A DNA stretch of 62,541 nucleotides, counting the filler, from an uncultured Rhodopirellula sp. (GTDB lineage Bacteria; Planctomycetota; Planctomycetia; Pirellulales; Pirellulaceae), in NCBI GenBank assembly GCA_964007735.1. It is 8 parts of 8 records of this genome, joined end to end, with 100 filler letters (N's around TTAATTAATTAA, not from the genome) between each part and the next. Parts side by side here need not be neighbours in the genome. Positions count along the whole stretch, not along the records: positions 9,070 to 18,012 come from CAXGAI010000096.1; positions 18,113 to 26,978 come from CAXGAI010000097.1; 6 more parts are not named here. One strand, written 5' to 3'. Made by a program: the position numbers and the translations under genes. The notes beneath the pieces were generated by a model, which saw nothing but the letters and a program-made list of their open reading frames with translations, did not search any database and was not told where the DNA came from. Below, piece after piece: positions 9,070-20,655 of this stretch (positions are counted from its first letter, which is position 1; every line of letters starts with the position of its first letter).

Positions 9070-12000
9070 CCAGCCGATATTGCTAGGCGGTCACCGGCCA
9101 GACTCAACTCCCCGCCGAATCGGTCACCGGTCTGAAGGTCAGTCCCAGTGAACATCATCGGGTGCTTAAAGGATGCCTCGTTGTTAAGGTCGTAGACATA
9201 TACTTTTCCGGTGCCACTTTGATTTACATCTTCCATGGGAGCACTGACGTACAGCAGGTTGCCATCAAAAAGAATGGATTCCCCGAACTTCATCCCATCA
9301 GCAGTTTCAGGGGCAGTGATGGTACGATCATGAACTAATTCGTTGGAGTCGGTAATACGTACAAGTTCAACTCGGCCAGGTTGGCTATCTCCAACAGTTC
9401 CGGCCGGAATACCAGCTGCCAGATATTGGCCGTTGGTTAGTAGTTCTTCGCCGCCTTCTCCCAAAAGATTTACACCCTTGGCCTCGGTCATGGTATGAAC
9501 TTTTTGCAACGAAGTCGGGTCACCGTCTTCATTACGCACAATATTCCACATAATGATTTGCCAGTCGTCTTCGGTTTCCCGCTCAAAACGGCCAATGACG
9601 ACATCGCCGCTAATGGTTAGTCCTGCAATGCGTGATCCCCCCGTGCCTTCCGAAGTGATTTCTTCGCGGAATATCTGTTCGGCGGATGGGTTAGTGGTGG
9701 AAACCTTGTAAGCTGTAATCGCTGCTTCCGTATTCCATGATCCCCAGTTTCCAGTCTCCCCTACCACCAAGACATCGTTGCTAAGATCGCCTTCCGAGGC
9801 AAAGTAACCTGCATTTTCAGGGCTGGGGTTAAAACTGGTCTTAAGGCTAAAGTCGTTTACGTCATAGACATAATAGCGACCGGCATGGATTGCCTGATTG
9901 GACGCAAACCGGGATCCGATACCCAAATAATTACCCTCTGCATTGATCGCCCAGCCAAAGGAAGAGGCAGCGGTGGAATCGGGGCTCTGGATTTCAGTTG
10001 CTTTTGTCAGTGTGTTGTCATCGTTGATGGACCATACGATGGCACTTCCATTTCCGTTGCTGGTTTTAGTGATAACATGATGGTCTGAAATCACCATGGC
10101 GTTTTGCCCGTTGTTACCGCCTACCCAAGGTTGATCGATGCGTGTCAGTTCCTGAGGGCGATAAATTCCGGCGTGATATTGGTCTTGGTAGGTCGCTTGA
10201 TCCATTTCGACGAGGAACCCGGGTACACGATGCCGGCCCTCAGGAATGTCGTTCCACGATGGACTGTTAGTATTAATGTTGTCGTAATGCATGTACCCTT
10301 CGTTACCCGTGTTGTTTGGTTCCCCGGGTCTCCAGTTAGTGAATTCCATGGGTTCTCCGGTAACCCATTCCCAGCCACCTGCCGGTTCGCTGTAGTCAGG
10401 GCTGTTTGTATTCTGGAATCCGCCTAACCAGGGTCCTACGGTACTGCTCCACTGTGAAGACGGTTGTAGTAAATTCTCCAGTACGAAGGCATCTTCTTCT
10501 GCGGAAGTCAACGTTGCCAGATAACCGCCCATGGCTTCGGCCTTTGCCTGAGCCTGTTCCCAATCCTGTTCGGGGTCCATGACAAGCTTGTACCAGTGGT
10601 TGTTGCCACCGTCGACGGCTTTCCATTGAATGGCACCTTCCAGATCCGGATTGGTACTCAGCTCTTCATAGACGAAGAAGGGGGCATCGTTTGCATCAGA
10701 GACTTCGATGGTGACCACGGCTACATTACTGTCTTCGTGACCATCGTTCGCCACATAAGTAAAGGAATCCGTTCCAAAGAACCCAGGGTCGGGACGGTAA
10801 GTGAAAGTTCCGTTCTGATTGAGAGTCAAGTTTCCATATTGGGCGTCTTCTGTCAGATGGGCTGTGAGTGGGTCGTTGTCAATATCAGAATCATTTTGGA
10901 GGATCGAGTTGTTCGAAGAGATTGTGTAAGAGAGGTTGTCGATCATTAGATCGAAAGAGCTTTCCTGCGACGGCGAAGACATTTTGCCGCCATAGACTCC
11001 GAACGCATCAAAGGTAGCCCCTGTTTGACGTGCTTGTTCGGTCAATTCCAGAGTGTGCCGTTGTAATTGCTCGCCTTCGAGGTTGGTGACCGTTAGGGTT
11101 GCGATTCCGTGGTTACCGGCAGACGGGTCATAGGCAAAGTCCCATTGATAGGTTCCGTCGGAAAAATTCGTAATGTTTTCAGTTCTTAATTCAAATCCAT
11201 CGGCTAGGTGCAGTTCGACAAAAATCCGGTAATCATCACGATTGCTACCGTAGGGTTCTGAGATAGCGACTCCGAAAATATTGGTCCATTTTGTATTGTC
11301 TGAAATGTCGGTCGATAAAAACCCGATCTCGTGTCCGGCTGTAGCTTGAATCCTGTTACCAATCGTGAATTCTCCGGAACTCCTCAGATTGTCGTCTAGA
11401 CTAAGTATGCTTTCAAGATTTGTGTCAGCGTAATAATGCTTTGAACCTAATCTCGCGAGCGTGCCTCCAATGGCTTGTTGATTTTCCCGATAAATGAAAT
11501 CATTTCCATCTGCTTGATTGAGATGTCCCGTCCAGTCAGGATTATTATCGAAGTTCTCGTGTCTCAGCAGGTTTTCACCTTGTAGTATGGATTTGTTATC
11601 GATTTGGAAGGCGTCATCGACAGCGACGGGCGGTGTGTTGGTGCAGATCACTTCAATGCTGACGACAGCGACATTGCTACTTGCTTCTCCGTCATAGGCG
11701 GTGTAGCTAAAGGAGTCGTTTCCGTGATAGCCTTCATCGGGAGTGTAGATGAAAGAGCCATCTTTGTTGAGTTCGAGTGTTCCGTGCTCAGGTTGACTGA
11801 CGAGCTTACTTTCCAGCGGATCCAGATCAACATCATAGTCGTTTTCCAGAACCCCTTTTTGCTGGCCACTGGTATAGCTGGCATGTTTCATGTAAATATC
11901 AGCGTACATTCCACCGTTAGGATGAGAGGCCGCATTCCCGGCGAAGCCAAAGGCATTTAGTTCCGTCTGATCGAGTTGTTTGCGCTGCTCTTCGTTGAGT

Positions 12001-14228
12001 TCGATGATATGTGAGACACCGTCGAGTGTTGCTTTGAAGATTCCGTTACCGTCGCCTCCGGCCGGATCCCATTCATAACTCCAGAGGTGGGTGGAGTTGG
12101 GAGTGATTTCAGTCATTCCTGTGGCCGGCATCATCAGCCCGCCGTGATCCATGATCCCGCCGTACCAGAAGATGCGATTGCCCTGGCTGTTGTCGGTAAA
12201 TCCGATTCCGATTTCAACAGGTCCATCACGCACTTCATCTACTTCCGCAGCACTCCCATCATCAAAGTGTCCGATCATCATTCCGTTGCCGAAGTCAGGA
12301 ACGTTGATGTCTCCGATTTCCAACACGCCCGAAGCGGAGAATGGCTGGTCGAAGCTCAGGACAGTTGAGAGATCTGTATCTGCCAGAATTCGCTTGTGAG
12401 CAGAACGGGTGAAGCGTCCTCCGATAACACCACTTTCAGTATGGGTGCTAAAATCGTTGCCATTTTCGTTGTTTCCTACCGAAGTCCAGTGTTCGGCAGT
12501 CACACCGAGCCCGACTTCCCGGTAGAGTCTGCTGGGGACAATCAGTCGACTGTCACGATCGACACTGTATTGATCGTCTGTAGCTACGGGAGCATCATTA
12601 ATGCAGGAGATATCGACCTGAATTCGATGCTGGGCAAGTGCCCCTTCTTCATCCATCACGGTCAGGACAATGTGCGTATGACCATGTTGATCGGGGTCGG
12701 GGGTGATCTGAACGAACCGCTGGTTCCCCTCTCCGGTGATAACAATATTCTCAGGAGGGATGGCAACGGGGTCGCCGGATTCGATGAGGATCTCAAGACG
12801 GTCTGCTGGAGTTTCTACGTCACTGATCGTGAAGGGGATTAAGTCGGACTGACTATCTTCTTCAATCGTGACCTGAATGACATCGGAGTCAATTAGTGGA
12901 AGGTCATTGACCGGATTGACAACGACCGTAAAGCTTTGAGAGGTTTTCAGATTGTCACCGCGAGTTGATAACTTGCAGTCTGTGCCGTCATCTTCGACCG
13001 TTACCGTGACTTCTGCTTTTCCAAAGGCGTCGGCTGCAGGAGTGTAGGAGACGATGGCAAAGTCATCGCCCTGATTGTAGTTGACTTCCAGATTGGTGAG
13101 TAACTGTGGGTTGTCTGTGGAGACATGGAGTTCCAGATCTTCCCGACGCGTATCGCCCGAACTGATTCCGGTGATCCGTACCGACTGACGTGCCGCATCT
13201 TCGTTGATGGGAGCAGGGTCGGCAATGTTGTCGAGCGTAGGGGGATTGTTTGTCCCTTTGACATTGATGGCGACGGTGGCTGGATTGCTTTTTTCATTAC
13301 CATCACTGGCCGTGTAACTGAATGTGTCCAGACCGGCGAAGCCACTGTTAGGTGTGTACTCAAAGAATCCGTCTTCATTAAGAACCAATTGACCATTGGA
13401 GGGTTGGCGTAGCAGATCTGCAGTTAATCGATCGCCGTTAGGATCGGCGTCATTCTGCAGCACCCCGGCGACGCCGTGGATTTTAAGGACAGGGAACGAA
13501 TCGCGTTCAGGAGAACTTCGCAGGAACTGTGAGAGCCCACAACATCCCAGATGACGAGTGGCATACATGCGTCCCTTGAAGTAGAAGGTGTCGTGACCTG
13601 CTACAATGTCGTTGATGTCATTGGGAGCCTGCCGCCCACCTTCAGGAGTACTCTCGTAAAGCGTAAACCAGTTCTGGTTATCGACCGAGACCTGTACTTC
13701 ACCTCTCGCCCCGGAATCGAAGTTTACATCGGCATTGGCGTTATAGACAGACATGTACGGCAGATGATGTGCTCCTAAGCCTGGCATATCAACATGATCA
13801 ATTTCGAAGGGAACTTCGACCTTATAGGTGACTTCCGCCCACTGATTGAGACTCGAGGGTTGCCAGTAATAGACGTTGGGAGAGAAGGATTCCCGCAGCA
13901 TCGAAGCATTATGGCTGTAAAATGGTGTTTTCATTTCTTCGCTGCGGAGATCGAAGGTTTTTGCGAAGAGTTGTTCTGCCACCACAAGCTTTTGTCCCTG
14001 AGTGGTTTCGAATGCGTCGTTTCGTGCCACGGGGGCCGTGGAGGCTTCTCCTTCAGCAATTTCTGCGGATTCAGCAAAGACGGGTTCCGGAGAAAGCGAA
14101 GACAGCAGGTCGGCAGCCATCAGTTCACGTTTTTCAAGTGATTCCAGCTGGAATCGCTGTTCGGTGCTTTTGCGGAAGTTAGGGGAATGGGTTCCGGATT
14201 GGTCACTTGGGGACTGTTTCTTAGACAT
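9070..14228 (-). CDS. Giant Planctomycete surface protein: Planc_extracel motif, cadherin-like/tandem-95 repeats, C-type lectin domain, FG-GAP-like repeats (3' truncated)
   Basis: LESLEKRELMAAD; PVAxDDxF/Y...GVLxNDxD...GxLxLNxDGxFxYTP repeats; GNNHWYKL...WEQAQ..GGYLATLTS..W.PGEPNN..WND lectin; FGWAI/FGESI/DRFG repeats. Confidence 0.88.
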
Positions 14229-14290
14229 TGCTCTTCTATCTCTCTCTAAAAACACCCTAAAAAGGGCAGGATTCACTTCGATAGAAGGGA

Positions 14291-14340
14291 AATGCAAGAA
14301 TCACATCTCAAACCGACAATGCAACACAAGAAAAATGCAA
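14291..14340. promoter_or_regulatory. Three AATGCAA copies upstream of the surface-protein gene; candidate regulatory site
   Basis: AATGCAA at 14291, 14318 and 14334 in a 139-nt intergenic gap. Confidence 0.25.
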
Positions 14341-14367
14341 AAGTGCCATTTAGCCGGTGTCGGAATC

Positions 14368-15288
14368 TTATTCAGATTCCAATAGAGTATGCCACTCAGC
14401 ACGAATCACCTGTAAGCGACGCTCGATGGTGCGTTCATTCACCTCAAGCTTTTCGGCGATTTCAGAGTTTGTATATCCTTCAAGTTTCAAACGGCATATT
14501 TCCTGTTGTTCTTCCGTCAGGACATCAAGCATTTGGCCAATATTGTCCTGCATTTCCAGCAGGATATCAGGGGCGGCGAGAAGTTCCCTGGAGACATTTT
14601 GGATTCCGGGTGCAACCGAGTTTTGGCTTGAGATGAATACAGACTCTCCGCGTATCTGTCCCGCTCCACGTTTTAGCGCTAGGCGATAACCAATTTCACG
14701 AGATACCTTTCTGGCGGTAAGCATCGCCAGTACACGCCATAAATCATCGTGATCGTTCAGGTCGATAAACTTTCCGGCTCGAACGCCGCGAAAAAAACTA
14801 TCGAACGCGTCGACGACGATATCTTCCTCATCAGATGTGCGTTTCGGTAGGTTAGCGAGTTTCTTTCGTGTGAAGGCAATCAATCTTCGAAAGTATTTGT
14901 CCCACAAATCAGCGGAAGCCTGTTGGTCATTGGATTTAATCTTGTCCACCCAGTTTAGCACCGTATTAACGACCACTCTGGGGTCGTCGGAGATGGCTGA
15001 GATCGTTATTTGTGAGTTCCCAATTTGAATTTGGACCGGTAGAAACAATTCTACGGATTCGTCAGTTGCGAGTTGGGTGCCATTACCGAATTTAATTAGA
15101 CCACCATGATTATGGATTCGGATTCGGTCATTTTGCAGGCGGACTGTCGCCTGCTTTCTGGAAACAGCCGGATCTTTGATATGGATATGATTTTCGCTAA
15201 CGCTGGACGAACGCCCAATCGTTATCTCGTCCGCATCAACCACAAAATCGGTGGTCTGATTTTCGTTATCTACTTGGAATTCAATCAT
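14368..15288 (-). CDS. FHA domain-ECF-type RNA polymerase sigma factor fusion
   Basis: N-terminal EITIGRS...IKDPAVSRKQA...NGTQL...IQIG (FHA); C-terminal LWDKYFRRL, SDEEDIVVDAFDSFF, DDLWRVL, KRGAG, LEGYTNSEIAEKL..ERTIERRL (Planctomycete ECF). Confidence 0.88.
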   Translation of the reverse strand: MIEFQVDNENQTTDFVVDADEITIGRSSSVSENHIHIKDPAVSRKQATVRLQNDRIRIHNHGGLIKFGNGTQLATDESVELFLPVQIQIGNSQITISAISDDPRVVVNTVLNWVDKIKSNDQQASADLWDKYFRRLIAFTRKKLANLPKRTSDEEDIVVDAFDSFFRGVRAGKFIDLNDHDDLWRVLAMLTARKVSREIGYRLALKRGAGQIRGESVFISSQNSVAPGIQNVSRELLAAPDILLEMQDNIGQMLDVLTEEQQEICRLKLEGYTNSEIAEKLEVNERTIERRLQVIRAEWHTLLESE

Positions 15289-15383
15289 TTGTCCATTCTA
15301 CAATAAGTTAGACTTTAAATAACTATTGAGTCCATTCTTAAGTTCTTTGAAATAGAACGCATTTTTAGGAATAGTGCAGGGTC

Positions 15384-18012
15384 GTGGAAAACGAGAGTAG
15401 AATTCGGCAGATATTGTTTTTGTGTCTTGCTTATCATAATAACTTTATCAATCGGACAGAGTTTGAAGAAGCTGTTGATAAGATAACAGCAGATTCGTCA
15501 ACGCAGCAACCGGACAGTTCCTGGTGGGAACGAATCGATGTCCCCTTTGAGATTAAAGAGGTAGTGCTGCCCCTAGTTAAACATACCGATAGTTCTTTAG
15601 GCCATCGTAGTGAGCGACTTCAACAGCGTGTAGAGGAGTTAGTCCTCGAACTTGATATTGAAAGTTCTCTCTCATCCAAAATACTTTCCTTTATCGGTTC
15701 CGGCACTGAGCTGACGTTTCCCCCAGGGGCGGAAGATTTGTTGTCAGGGGAATTGGCTGATGCGACGCTACCCCCGGAGAATATGGAAAGCGACTGGACA
15801 TTACCACCTCGGACGGGCCAGCCGTTTGATTCTGAGTTTGACACCATTCCACCCAGTCGGGAAGTTGTATCCGGGCCCCTTCCTTCCAAGGATGTGTCCG
15901 GTGTGAGTCGGATTGGTGGTCGTTACAAAGTCTTACGAGCCTTTGCCAAAGGTGGATTAGGACAGGTGTCGGTTGCGCACGATGCAGAGATTAATCGCGA
16001 TGTTGCACTCAAAGAATTACAGGATAAGTTCCTTGAAAATACGGACCTGGTGGAACGGTTCAAAATGGAAGCGGAGATTACGGGGAGGCTTGAGCATCCC
16101 GGAGTGGTTCCCGTCTATGGTCAGGGGGCGATGGATAATGGAAACCCTTATTATGTGATGCGGTTTGTGCGAGGGGTGGAATTTCAGGAAGAGATTGATC
16201 AGTTTCATAGTCATTATGAAGAAGGGCCTCTGGAGGGGGAAAAACGGCTTCAGTTTATTAGCCTGATTCGTCATTTCGTGAACGTTTGCAATACGATCGA
16301 ATATGCCCATAGCCGTGGAATCATCCATCGAGATATCAAGCCCAGTAATGTCATGTTGGGTAAATATGGTGAAACGTTCGTTGTCGACTGGGGGTTAGCC
16401 AAGCCGGTGGATTCAGAAGAAGAAATATCTTTTGGAGACAAACCGGGGTTGCTGCCCTCTTCTGGGTCTAATGTGATGCCGACTCAGTATGGTTCTACCG
16501 TGGGGACCCCGGCTTTTATGCCACCGGAGCAGGCTTCGGGTGAATTAGCCCATGTAAGCAATCAAAGTGACGTCTACAGTCTGGGGGCCACGTTTTATTA
16601 CTTACTGACGGGTAAGCCTCCAGCGGAGGGAGTGGATCTTGTTTCTATCATTGCCAGTGTAATTGATGGTGAAATCAAGCCGCCACGTGATGTTGCTCCC
16701 TGGGTTCCAAAACCATTACAAGCTATTTGTTTGAAATCTCTGGCGCTGCTTCCGAATCAACGTTATGAATCTCCCGTTAAATTAGTGGAGGATTTGGAAA
16801 ATTGGCTTGCGGATGAACCCGTTGAGGCATACCCGGATAATTTTGCCCAACGCACAGCACGTTGGTTTCGTCGGCACAAGGCCTTTGCCTTTACTTCTCT
16901 CACGGCACTAATCCTCATCACGGCAGTTTCTGTTGTTGCTACCATGATTGTGAACCGTGCTAGAGTGGCAGAAGCCGAACAGAAAAATCTGGCGGTGGAG
17001 GCGACCAAACGAGCGGAGACTGAAGCGGAAAAAAACCTACTACTGGCTGAAAGTGAGAAGACAGCAAAAGAACTGGCTGAACTGAGGCGGATTGATGCCA
17101 TGGACAATTTCCGTAAAGCGCGTCAGGTGGTGGATACCGCGCTTACGGGAATCAGCGAGATTATCGAGTATTACCCCGGCGTGCAAAGAGCACGCGAAGG
17201 CCTACTACGCAGTGTGGCACGTGAGTATGAGGAGTTTGCTGCTGAGCAGGGAGAAGATTTGGAGATTCAAATTGAACGTGTCAGGGCGTATCTGAGATTG
17301 GGCGAGGTTCGCGAGAAACTGGGGGAATTCGGGGAAGCTGGACAGGCTTATCAGAACGCTGGCAGAGCAATCGAAGAAATCAACAAGCAAGATGCGAACG
17401 ATTTGAATCTTGCGACATTGGCGATTACAACCCAGATCAAGTTAGCTGGTTTGGCTGAAATTGAGGGGGATCTTGGCAATGCAAAAAACATTATTGAGCA
17501 GGCGGTCTTGGATGTTAGAAACTTGGCTAAAAGATCCCCCGCTGAGGTTGAGGTGAATGAGGTCTTTGGTAACGCACTGTTCAATTTATCCTACATCGGA
17601 CGGACTGTCGGGGATTATAATGCCGCGAAAGCGTCGGGGTATGAGGCCTTGAATCACTATCAGCAGCAGTCGATGCTTCATCCTGAAAACATGCGTTTGC
17701 AATTAGGTCTGGCAAACACCCTTAACTTATTAGCCACCGTCGATTTGGAAACCGGTAGGATTGTTGAAGCCTATGAACAATTCAAAAGTGGTTATCAGGT
17801 GATGGAGGCTTTGGTTGAAAATGAACCCGACCGCCCGGATTATTTACAGTATTTGGCGATGATGGCTGTTAACCGAGGAGTGGCCCAAAGGTACCTTGGC
17901 GATGCCAAGTCTGAAATTGCGGCTTATCAGGAGGCGCTCCAGGCTTATCGGCGGTTGGAAACCGCATTGCCCGATGTAACTTCAATTCGTCAGGATACCG
18001 CGTTAAATCTAG
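15384..18012 (+). CDS. Membrane-anchored Hanks-type Ser/Thr protein kinase with coiled coil and TPR-like C-terminus (3' truncated)
   Basis: AKGGLGQV, VALKE, HRDIKPSN, DWGLAK, GTPAFMPPEQ, SDVYSLG; TM AFAFTSLTALILITAVSVVATMIV; helical repeats. Confidence 0.93.
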
Positions 18013-18112
18013 NNNNNNNNNNNNNNNNNNNNNNNNNNNNNNNNNNNNNNNNNNNNTTAATTAATTAANNNNNNNNNNNNNNNNNNNNNNNNNNNNNNNN
18101 NNNNNNNNNNNN
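18013..18112. other. Artificial contig linker
   Basis: N44-TTAATTAATTAA-N44. Confidence 0.99.
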
Positions 18113-18114
18113 CT

Positions 18115-20655
18115 GAAAGTGTTAATGACTTTGCCAAAGGCATTGGGCCCATTCTTCAAGAGTATTGCTACGACTGCCATGGGGCAAAAAAGACCAAAGG
18201 CAAGGTCAAGCTGACGGACTATGATTCATGGGCAGACCTAGAAAAGAATCCAGAACTAATTGAAAAGATGATCGAGGCATTGAATAAAAACGAAATGCCG
18301 CCCGATGAGGAGAAACAGCCTAGCAGTAAACAACGAAAAGTAATGCTACTGGAGCTAGAGAGCGCTTTTAAAAAAGCTATTGTTCATGGCAATCCTGCGA
18401 CACCACTTCGTCTTAGGCGAATGAATCGTTTCGAATACGGTAATGCGGTAAGAGACTTGTTCGATCTTAAGTCGTGGGTTTACTCAATCAACGATCGGAT
18501 CATTAGAGACCACAATAATTATTTCAGGCCCGAAACCGGCAAAATGCCCAAAGTTGCAAGAGTGGGCAATCGAATTATGGGGCTTCAGCAAATGTTGGAA
18601 AATAGGTTGCTGGGCGTAATGGCTTTCCCAAAAGATCCTCCCGCAGAAAACGGGTTCAACAATCGCGGTGATCATCTAAGTTTGACGCCAACGCTCATGG
18701 AGTCCTTTTTGGAACTTAGTCGGTCCGTTGTGAATGCTGAGAATTTTGATAAAAACTGTCAGGTTTGGAATGATCTATTTCAGGATCCATCACAGAGGCC
18801 ATTGACTCAGGGATTCGGTGCTATTAATGCAGACAAATCTGTCGTGACTCATAGTTCAGGGCTGACTATTAGTGCTTGGATTCGGCCAACAAAAGAAACT
18901 AAAAAGTGGCAGACTATTGTTCGTCGTGAGGATTCGTGGAGGCGGCAATTATTGGCCATTGGTGACACTGATGGAATTTGGGGAATTTGGATGGGGGCAG
19001 GCATTGAAGGCCGCTATGTGGAATTCGGAGCCCCAGTGAAGCGAGATGTCCTTATAGATGGCAAGTGGCATCACGTTGCCGGCACCTTCGATGGCCAGCA
19101 AATAAATATCTATTTGGATGGTAAGTTGGTTGGCAGCAAGGAGATTGTGGGCAAGCTATACTCTCAGAGCAGAGTGCCGATGGAGATTGGGGCCTATCAG
19201 GACGAACTTTTTCACGGAGATATTAATGATGTTCGCTTGTTTCGATCAGGGTTGAGTAAACCCCAGATTGAGGAGATGGCGAATGGCAAAAAGGATGTCG
19301 CCAAAGAAGAAATGGTGGGGAGTTGGATGAGGCATGATGATGTTCAACCAGAAGTGAAACAGCCGATTGAAGTAATAGCGCATGAGCGCATTCGGAAGCT
19401 CCTTCTCAGGGCCTTTAGGTCTCCAGCCGATGCAAAAACATTAAATTTGTACACGGAATATTTTGATAAGAAGTATAAGGAAAGTGGTGATTTCACCAAA
19501 AGTATGAAGGATGTAGTATCAGGTGCGTTAGCTTCTCCACGATTTATTATGGTGCATAACAAGGCGAGTGGCGACTTGCCTAATCATGCCTCATATAATT
19601 TGGCGACACGCCTGTCATTTTTTCTGTGGAGTTCGATTCCTGATGACGAATTATTGTCATTAGCTGGGGAAGGGAAGCTTCAAGACCCAGAAGTACTCGA
19701 AGCCCAGATTGACCGGATGCTGAACGATCGGCGGATTAAAAACTTCTGCGACAGTTTTGCTCCTCAATGGCTAAAGATTAATAATTTAGTTTCTGCATCA
19801 CCCGATTTTAAAACTCATAGAGATTATTACTTTGGTGGCGACGACAAAATATCCTACAAGAGAGGGATGCATATGATGTTGGAACCGCTTCTGAATTTTG
19901 AAACTGTTTTTATTGAGAACAGACCCATCATGGAATTAATCGATTCCGACTTTACATATCGCAGTCACTTGCTGGAAGAATGGTACCAAGGGAGGGCCGC
20001 TACTTATGCCATCAACGTCAACCTCCGCGATATTGAATTCACTCGGAGGTCACTAAAAGATAGAAGGTTCGGTGGTGTGATTACAACAGGAGCTGTGATG
20101 GTGATGACATCGGGCCCGTTTCGATCATTACCCATCACGCGGGGATCATGGGTTTCTTCGGTCATTTTCAATGATCCCCCGGAGCCTCCGCCTGACAACA
20201 TTCCTGACTTAAACGCTGACGACACAACACTTAAAAAAGAGGGGCTAACAGTAAGACAGAAGTTAAAACGGCATAGCCAAGACTCCCAATGTTCTGGATG
20301 TCATAAAAAAATTGACCCATTGGGGTTTGCTTTGGAAAATTATGATTTACTAGGTCGCTGGAGAGACAGGTATCGAACGGGCTTGAATGTTGATGCTAGT
20401 GGTGTACTATTCGGGAAGCACCGTTTCAAAGACGTTGTCGGATTTAAGGACGCTGTTCTCGCTGAAAAAGACTTGTTTGCCAAGGCTTTCACTAAGCATT
20501 TATTGTCCTACGGGTTAGGGCGAGAGTTGACTGTATCGGAAAGATTTGCGGTTGATGAAATTGTGAAAGCAAGCGAGAGAAATAATTACAAATTGAGAGA
20601 CCTTATTAAACAGACCGCGGTTCACTCAGTTTTTAGCCAAAAGATAAAACAATGA
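18115..20655 (+). CDS. DUF1592-family (DUF1587/1595/1592/1588/1585) cytochrome c protein with LamG insertion (5' truncated)
   Basis: Frame open from 18115 with CYDCH; LRRMNRFEYGNAVRDL; LTISAWIRP...WHHVAGTFDG...IYLDG (LamG); LATRLSFFLWSSIPD; CSGCHKKIDPLGF. Confidence 0.9.
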   Translation, partial: ESVNDFAKGIGPILQEYCYDCHGAKKTKGKVKLTDYDSWADLEKNPELIEKMIEALNKNEMPPDEEKQPSSKQRKVMLLELESAFKKAIVHGNPATPLRLRRMNRFEYGNAVRDLFDLKSWVYSINDRIIRDHNNYFRPETGKMPKVARVGNRIMGLQQMLENRLLGVMAFPKDPPAENGFNNRGDHLSLTPTLMESFLELSRSVVNAENFDKNCQVWNDLFQDPSQRPLTQGFGAINADKSVVTHSSGLTISAWIRPTKETKKWQTIVRREDSWRRQLLAIGDTDGIWGIWMGAGIEGRYVEFGAPVKRDVLIDGKWHHVAGTFDGQQINIYLDGKLVGSKEIVGKLYSQSRVPMEIGAYQDELFHGDINDVRLFRSGLSKPQIEEMANGKKDVAKEEMVGSWMRHDDVQPEVKQPIEVIAHERIRKLLLRAFRSPADAKTLNLYTEYFDKKYKESGDFTKSMKDVVSGALASPRFIMVHNKASGDLPNHASYNLATRLSFFLWSSIPDDELLSLAGEGKLQDPEVLEAQIDRMLNDRRIKNFCDSFAPQWLKINNLVSASPDFKTHRDYYFGGDDKISYKRGMHMMLEPLLNFETVFIENRPIMELIDSDFTYRSHLLEEWYQGRAATYAINVNLRDIEFTRRSLKDRRFGGVITTGAVMVMTSGPFRSLPITRGSWVSSVIFNDPPEPPPDNIPDLNADDTTLKKEGLTVRQKLKRHSQDSQCSGCHKKIDPLGFALENYDLLGRWRDRYRTGLNVDASGVLFGKHRFKDVVGFKDAVLAEKDLFAKAFTKHLLSYGLGRELTVSERFAVDEIVKASERNNYKLRDLIKQTAVHSVFSQKIKQ

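Noticed and set aside
15291..15338. GTCCATTCT direct repeat between the sigma and kinase genes
   Set aside because: Only two 9-mers, one overlapping the likely RBS; chance cannot be excluded
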